A DNA stretch of 64,000 bases from Verrucomicrobiales bacterium (GTDB lineage: Bacteria; Verrucomicrobiota; Verrucomicrobiia; Verrucomicrobiales; V1-33): positions 114,362-178,361 of the forward strand of contig JANOAV010000087.1 of the NCBI GenBank assembly GCA_031411295.1, given 5' to 3'. Positions 58,449 through 64,000 of the stretch are shown piece by piece. How positions within the stretch are numbered: position 1 is the stretch's first letter; each line of letters starts with the position of its first letter. Below the pieces are notes generated by a model, which had not been told where the DNA came from, searched no databases, and was given only the letters and a program-made list of their open reading frames with translations. Position numbers and translations under genes: made by a program.

Positions 58449-59181
58449 ATCGATCCTCAAGGTTGTCGCACTGGGGGTGATAGCCACCCAGACGCCAACT
58501 GTGGCCGCACGTGATCTGCTCAAGGATGCAGAGCGCTCCAATGGCTTGTCCAGCGTGTTCTCGCTGGATTACGATGAATCGCGCTCCCGCACCAATGTCT
58601 TCCATGCTGGGATGGAAGTGGAGTGGGGCACGCCGAAAGCATGGATCAGCCTGTCTGGTGATACCTACAGCGACCTCGCAAGTTCCATTGATCTCAAGTG
58701 CGACAGCTATGTCACCCTGCAATTGGGTTATGCGCTCTACCGCAGCAACACCGAGCGCCTCTACTGGAATGCAAAATTAGACCTCGATCCACATTCGCAA
58801 ATTGCCTCACGCGGATGGGATATTACTCCTGCCCTTAGTTTTGTCTGGGGTATCACAGATGATTGGTGGATCGGTTATGATATTGGTGCCAGCCTAGCCA
58901 CCAGCCCAGATGCGGGCGATCACGCCGGGTATGTCTCGCACTCGCTGTGGGTTTACTGGCTCTGCGGCTTCACTCCCGCGGCCACAGATTCCCTCTCCCT
59001 CAGCCTGTGGGCCGCTGGAAACGAAACTCCCGGCGGCAACAAGAATCTGTTTGCTGAAATGGAATATACCTTCGACCTAACGGAAAGCTGGGAAGCCTCC
59101 TTCGGGGTCGGCACGGACATCATGACCCAGTGGGATCACCTTGGGATCTACTTTACAGGTGGGGTCAAACTTCGGTTTTAG
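58435..59181 (+). CDS. Hypothetical outer-membrane beta-barrel (transporter-like)
   Basis: The GTG start overlaps the DUF4266 end. Signal peptide, alternating aromatic strands, ends GIYFTGGVKLRF. Confidence 0.7.
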   Translation: MDAIKSILKVVALGVIATQTPTVAARDLLKDAERSNGLSSVFSLDYDESRSRTNVFHAGMEVEWGTPKAWISLSGDTYSDLASSIDLKCDSYVTLQLGYALYRSNTERLYWNAKLDLDPHSQIASRGWDITPALSFVWGITDDWWIGYDIGASLATSPDAGDHAGYVSHSLWVYWLCGFTPAATDSLSLSLWAAGNETPGGNKNLFAEMEYTFDLTESWEASFGVGTDIMTQWDHLGIYFTGGVKLRF

Positions 59182-59320
59182 TGTATCCGCCCCCGTCAGA
59201 TCGAGCCTGAAAATGTTTTCCATGTTGAATCCGGTAAATGCAAATCGGTCATGAAAATATCCCAACGGATGGATGCACCCTTCAACCGCATCGCAAGCAA
59301 TTAAACCAAATCCTGACACC

Positions 59321-61348
59321 ATGAAAACAACTTCAAAAGGGCCGCAATTTGCACCAGCGAATGAGCGAAATCTCGTGTGGTCAGGTTTCCTCTCCTGCCT
59401 CCTGTTAGCCTTCAATCCACATCCCGTGGAGGCGAGCATCGCCTATGGCAGCATTAATAATTTCGACACCGTTAATGACACCGGTCAGGAGGGTCACGGT
59501 TTTGAAATCGAGTTGGATGACTGCCACAGCACCGACATTACTTATACCTATAACTACAACCACTACGGAGTGCCGAAAATCACCGAAGACAACTCGGTGC
59601 CAGCCCATCCGAAGGTGCTCATCCGCTGGGAGAGCAAAAAGAACACAAATGGCACCTGGGCCGCGTATACCGCAATTCCCGCAGGACCGATCCCGCCGAC
59701 GCAGGGGCATCAATTCACCAATCCAAACGTGAACTTCGGGGGCGAACACTTTGGGTGTGGCTATCGCGTGCAACCCTCGGCCGTGTTATACAATTGGCTG
59801 GTTGATAATGGTAGTGGTGCGCTGGTGCATGGGGGAGCGGTGCAGGTTGCTACGCCGACCTTCACCTACTTCCCGCCAGTAGTGGGAAATCCGGCACCAC
59901 CTCGCGTGCAGGCGGTGATCGCGCCCCCGCCGCCTCCCGTGCCTCCGCTGCTACAGTTTGGCAAAGCGGTTTGGGTCAAAGAGATCAAAACCACGACGCA
60001 CAACAACCGTGAGGTCAAACTGCGCGAACTCGTGTCCGATGACCCGGATAACCCGAACGACAAGAACTGGAAGAATGGCGAACCAGATGAGGTTGAGGTA
60101 GAGTGGCGCATCTTGCAGAAAAACAGCGGACTGCCGGACGGTGGTGTGAACAATCAGCTTGCTGCGGCGGCTGAACCGCTTCCTGGCGGTGATGTGGTTG
60201 TGACGCGGCGTTACGAATTTTTCAAATATGTGGGACCTCTCGATGCTGAAACTGGTGAAGCCATGGGCGATCTGGTGGGGCCTGACGGAATGCACGGATC
60301 CGGCAGTGTGACTTATGCGCATCACTGGGACCCAAATACTGCCGAATGGGCGTTGGTTACGACTAATCTGGCCACTGTCATCATTGTCGGTGACTTCACT
60401 GGAGCGCAAATGGCCGCTGTGGATGTTCATGCTCCAGTCGGCCTCATCGACCATTGCGGTGAGGGCCGAATCAACACGGCGTTCACTGCCCGCACCTTGG
60501 TCGTGGAAGGCTCGCGTCCATTTACCAGCGTGCAAACCGGATTACTACCTCCTGGGATGGTGTTCGGTAATGTCACTGGTGTGCTCTCCGGCACTCCTAC
60601 TGTCAGTGGAACCTTCAATTTCAAGGTGAGCGCTTCCGATGGCTTGAATCCCGACGTTGTAAAAAATTACACGCTCACCATCGCGGCTGCGGGTGCCGTC
60701 CTGCCGCCTGCAAGCTTGCTCGACACGACCGTCTCGCCTGTTGGAACCGGCACCACGACGGGCGATGGCTCGTTTGCCGTCGGTGCCAATGCCACCGCCG
60801 TCGCGACCGCGGCGGCTGGATATGTCTTTCTCAACTGGACGGACAACAGTGCCGTGGTTAGCAGGGATCCAAGCTACACGCTCTCGATGAATATAAACCA
60901 TTCCCTCGTCGCTCATTTTGCCGTCGGATTCACGATGACGGCCACTTCATCCTTCGCCCCTGGCGGCACCGTGAGTGGCGCGGGTGGTTACTCGACTGGC
61001 AGTTCAGGCACCCTCATCGCCACGCCTGCTGCCGGGTATGAGTTCAGAAACTGGACCGAAGGCGGCAACGTCGCTGGCAATGGCACTAGCTACCCATTTA
61101 CCGCCAACACCAATCGAACGCTGATCGCAAATTTCCTGCCCATCATGGCCATCGGCAACACCGTGCCGGGCACGTTGATCCTTACGTGGCCTTCCTCCGC
61201 GACTGGCTGGAATCTGCAAGAAAGTCCCGATCTGAGTGACGGAGGCTGGGTTAGTTCGGCTCTGCCCGTGACTGTGGACAGCGGGCAAAGTCAAGTCTCC
61301 CTCGCGAACCTCATCGGTAAGAAATTCTTCCGTCTGAGTCATCCCTAA
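59321..61348 (+). CDS. Secreted protein: unknown N-terminal domain, putative Ig (He_PIG-like), two InlB-B/Flg_new-like repeats, C-terminal sorting-like domain
   Basis: GLLPPGM...TGVLSGTPT..GTFNF, 2x 'A.PAAGY.F.NWT..........Y......N..L.A.F', and the C-terminal LQESPDL...W...FFRL. Confidence 0.8.
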   Translation: MKTTSKGPQFAPANERNLVWSGFLSCLLLAFNPHPVEASIAYGSINNFDTVNDTGQEGHGFEIELDDCHSTDITYTYNYNHYGVPKITEDNSVPAHPKVLIRWESKKNTNGTWAAYTAIPAGPIPPTQGHQFTNPNVNFGGEHFGCGYRVQPSAVLYNWLVDNGSGALVHGGAVQVATPTFTYFPPVVGNPAPPRVQAVIAPPPPPVPPLLQFGKAVWVKEIKTTTHNNREVKLRELVSDDPDNPNDKNWKNGEPDEVEVEWRILQKNSGLPDGGVNNQLAAAAEPLPGGDVVVTRRYEFFKYVGPLDAETGEAMGDLVGPDGMHGSGSVTYAHHWDPNTAEWALVTTNLATVIIVGDFTGAQMAAVDVHAPVGLIDHCGEGRINTAFTARTLVVEGSRPFTSVQTGLLPPGMVFGNVTGVLSGTPTVSGTFNFKVSASDGLNPDVVKNYTLTIAAAGAVLPPASLLDTTVSPVGTGTTTGDGSFAVGANATAVATAAAGYVFLNWTDNSAVVSRDPSYTLSMNINHSLVAHFAVGFTMTATSSFAPGGTVSGAGGYSTGSSGTLIATPAAGYEFRNWTEGGNVAGNGTSYPFTANTNRTLIANFLPIMAIGNTVPGTLILTWPSSATGWNLQESPDLSDGGWVSSALPVTVDSGQSQVSLANLIGKKFFRLSHP

Positions 61349-61483
61349 CTCAATCCAAACCTCCAGCCGCCATGCACTTAAATTTATTCTTTCGGTTCTT
61401 GCGTGAATGCAAGACGGGCTAGGCTTAATCCGCAGTTACAGAGCTGGATTTTCCGTAATTTTCTAGTCCGTCAGACGCGTAAC

Positions 61484-61651
61484 TTCTCCTACAACGTCGT
61501 CAGCGATCCCGTCTCGCTCTTCGATTTCAACGCCACCATCCTGCATTGCAGGGGCATCGACCACAAGAAATTCACCTATCCCTTCCAAGGCCTGGACATG
61601 CGTCTCACGGGCGTGGAACCTTGCGGACCCGTGAAGCAATTACTGGCGTAG
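61484..61651 (+). pseudogene. Displaced 3' fragment of the DUF1501 gene (right repeat copy)
   Basis: Encodes [55 protein letters not shown], with no upstream gene body. Confidence 0.9.
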
Positions 61652-61723
61652 AGCGGCTTAATTTCACCGCCATTCTCCACCGATTCAATTTGCACTGCGG
61701 GCAAAGCGATGTTGGCTGCGTCT

Positions 61724-62776
61724 ATGATTACGGAAGTTAGCATCAAAGAGGCCCTGCGGGCGGTGAAATATCCTGGATTTAGTCGTGACATCGTTTCCTT
61801 CGGCCTGATCAAGGCGGTGAACGTGTCCGGGAATGACGTGGTCGTGAAAATTGCCTTGGCCACCCGGGACGCGAACCTGCCCCGCCAGATTCATGCCACC
61901 GCCATGGCGGTGCTCTCCGGAGTTGAAGGAATCGGGAAAATTCAGCTGGATTTCGACATCAAAGAACCAGAGTCCCCCGCCGGAGCTGGCGCCACCGTAG
62001 GCAAAAGCAGCATCCCGGGCGTGAAGCGCATCATTGTGGTGGCCAGCGGCAAGGGCGGCGTGGGCAAAAGCACCGTCGCCTCTAACTTGGCGGTCGCGCT
62101 GAGTCAGACCGGAGCCAAGGTCGGCTTGTGCGACTGCGATTTATATGGTCCCAGCATCGCTCATATGTTCGGTAGTGATGCCAAACCGATGGCCACGGAC
62201 GATAATCAGATCATCCCCATCGAGAACCGGGGACTGAAGCTGATGTCCATGGGATTCCTGCTGGATGAAGGCTCGCCCGTCGTGGTGCGCGGCCCCATGG
62301 CCACCCGTTACACCCAGCAATTCCTGCGGGGATGCCTGTGGGGTGATTTGGATTTTCTGATTTTGGACCTGCCGCCTGGCACGGGCGATATTCAACTAAC
62401 CATTGTGCAAACTGTGGCCGTGGATGGTGCCGTGATCGTCACCACTCCGCAAGAGGTGGCGTTGATCGATGCGCGCAAGGCCGTGAGTATGTTCGCCAAA
62501 GTCAACGTGCCCATTTTGGGTCTCGTGGAAAACATGAGCTACTTCCTCTGCCCCAGCGATGGGAAGCGCTACGACATCTTCGGGCAAGGCGGCGGAGCGA
62601 AGGAAGCAGCGCGTCTCAAAGTGCCGCTCCTAGCACAAATCCCCATCGACATCCCCACCCGTGAAGGTGGCGACTCTGGAAACCCCGTGGCCTTCGCGCC
62701 AGCCACCGCCAACCCTGTTAGTGCAGCATTTCATGACTTGGCCATTAAAGTGGCCGCCGCCGTGCAAGCATCCTAG
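61724..62776 (+). CDS. mrp: Mrp/NBP35 (ApbC) Fe-S cluster carrier ATPase
   Basis: VKYPGFSRDIVSFG, SGKGGVGKST, DLPPGTGD, TTPQEVALIDA, ENMSYFLCP. Confidence 0.95.
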   Translation: MITEVSIKEALRAVKYPGFSRDIVSFGLIKAVNVSGNDVVVKIALATRDANLPRQIHATAMAVLSGVEGIGKIQLDFDIKEPESPAGAGATVGKSSIPGVKRIIVVASGKGGVGKSTVASNLAVALSQTGAKVGLCDCDLYGPSIAHMFGSDAKPMATDDNQIIPIENRGLKLMSMGFLLDEGSPVVVRGPMATRYTQQFLRGCLWGDLDFLILDLPPGTGDIQLTIVQTVAVDGAVIVTTPQEVALIDARKAVSMFAKVNVPILGLVENMSYFLCPSDGKRYDIFGQGGGAKEAARLKVPLLAQIPIDIPTREGGDSGNPVAFAPATANPVSAAFHDLAIKVAAAVQAS

Positions 62777-63160
62777 CTTAGGTCAGGAAACAGTATCCTG
62801 CTAGCCCGCTAGCCCGCGCTTCGTGGCAGCCACGCAGCCTGCTGCAAACGGACCCTGCGTGGGCTATGCACTGCCCATCTGCTCCCGGTGGCTTCGTCGC
62901 GACGGAGTCTAATCCACATGCGGCCGCAGTTGGCTGCCAACGTCCCCAGTGGCCACACTAACAATAGCCTGGTGACAGCCTAAACTCGTGCCTTCGTAGC
63001 TCGATTAGTTCGAGCATGGCACCTTTGCGAAAAAAAAAATTCACGAGGGGTGTAACCACTGTGCCCTCCACTGTCCACTCATCTTAACTGCGAGTGCTCC
63101 TGCGCTGCGCCAGTTCACTCTCACTAAACATTGTCACTACCAATCCAAATCAACACTACC

Positions 63161-64000
63161 ATGAACTCCACCATTAAATCTCTCCTGCTGCTCTCCAGCC
63201 TAACCCTGCCTGCATTGGCCAACGATACTCTGGCCACCGCCGATGTCATCACCCCCAACTACTACTACAGCAATTACGCCATCAATCCTGCGGGCGACAA
63301 TGACTACCTCCGCGTGGTCTTTCCCAGCGCAGGTGATTTCGTCATCTGCACGGAAGGCTCCACCGATACTTACGGTTATCTCCTCAACAGTGCCGGGGCC
63401 ACTTTGCTCACCAACGACGACACGGTGGGAGTGAATTTCCGCCTGGCCGCCCGCGTCAACGCTGGCACTTACTATGTGCGTATGCGCCACTTCTCTGCCA
63501 CCGGCACCGGTAATTTTGCGGTGCGCAGCACGTTCACTCCCTTGCCCGCAGATGATCATGGCAATACCACCGCCACCGCCACGGTCGTGACGCTCAGCGG
63601 CACCACGACTGCCACTCGTGCTGGCAACATCGGAGTGGCTGGTGACATCGACATGTTCCGGGTCACCATTTCCGGAACCGGGTTCCTCAATGCCGGCACC
63701 ACTGGCAGCACGGATACCTACGGCTGCATTCTAAACTCCGCCGGCAGTGAACTGTCCGCCAATGATGACGCCAACGGCAGCCCTAACTTTGCCCTGCGCC
63801 AAGCCGTGACCAGCGGCACTTACTATGTCAAAGTGCGTCATTTCTCCTCCACTGGCACTGGGGCTTACACGCTCAATCTGCGCTTCGAACCCAGCACCAC
63901 GGGCGGCGGCGGTGGCACCGTGACGGGCACCAAGCGGGCCTTGGTCATTGGGATTTCTGACTACCAATACATCAATGATCTCAGTCTCTGCGATGATGAC
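63161..64000 (+). CDS. Secreted protein with two PPC-like domains followed by the start of a caspase-family (C14) domain; truncated by the window
   Basis: Manual translation: MNSTIKSLLLLSSLTLPALA, 2x 'GD.D..RV....G.....T.GSTDTYG..LNSAG..L..NDD.....NF......V..GTYYV..RHFS.TGTG', DDHGNT, then KRALVIGISDYQYINDLSLCDDD. Confidence 0.8.
   Translation, partial: MNSTIKSLLLLSSLTLPALANDTLATADVITPNYYYSNYAINPAGDNDYLRVVFPSAGDFVICTEGSTDTYGYLLNSAGATLLTNDDTVGVNFRLAARVNAGTYYVRMRHFSATGTGNFAVRSTFTPLPADDHGNTTATATVVTLSGTTTATRAGNIGVAGDIDMFRVTISGTGFLNAGTTGSTDTYGCILNSAGSELSANDDANGSPNFALRQAVTSGTYYVKVRHFSSTGTGAYTLNLRFEPSTTGGGGGTVTGTKRALVIGISDYQYINDLSLCDDD

Larger units (their letters stand above)
55212..61650. mobile_element. 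Putative integrated cassette/genomic islet at the DUF1501 3' end, no integrase visible
   Basis: Bounded by a duplicated gene 3' end; it separates the DUF1501 gene from mrp. Confidence 0.7.

Noticed and set aside
61403..61651. 82-aa ORF as an independent gene
   Set aside because: It is a fortuitous GTG fused to the duplicated DUF1501 3' fragment.
62965..63025. CCTAAA...ATGGCA resembling part of a c-di-GMP-I riboswitch
   Set aside because: The GGCAAA/GAAA-tetraloop/GACGCAAA elements of the first stem are absent.
1..64000. tRNA, rRNA, CRISPR, transposase or integrase genes
   Set aside because: None recognised by eye; a tRNAscan/Infernal run would be needed to exclude them formally.

Overview
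Bacterial genomic DNA, very probably from a Verrucomicrobiota (Verrucomicrobiaceae/Prosthecobacter-like) organism. This is inferred from a PSD1/DUF1553-DUF1501 pair, a giant LTD/CotH/tandem-95 protein and BlaI/BlaR1-type one-component signalling. About 42 CDSs. Core-like genes include hrpB, deoC, nagB, comF, ispE, pgeF/yfiH and mrp. Accessory blocks: (i) blaI with a clear double operator, followed by a frameshifted BlaR1/M56 sensor whose extracytoplasmic part is built from capsule-export-type modules (SLBB and Wzc/GumC-like coils); (ii) three large secreted proteins sharing one C-terminal motif, a candidate sorting signal; (iii) a glycosyltransferase locus (33.5-39.9 kb) in which two divergent paralogous GT-A-like genes, one with an intact DxD and one degenerate, bracket a cassette headed by a Tat-like exported protein that a G9 tract puts out of frame; (iv) a solo HipA/YjjJ kinase; (v) a 6.4-kb integrase-less insertion at the 3' end of the DUF1501 gene, bounded by a 167-bp imperfect direct repeat and carrying PocR-AraC, a structured intergenic RNA candidate, DUF3570/DUF4266 and a second beta-barrel; (vi) a secreted PPC-PPC-caspase-like protein cut by the window edge. 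No rRNA, tRNA, CRISPR array or transposase was recognised. All family calls come from motif recognition by eye; no database search was run.
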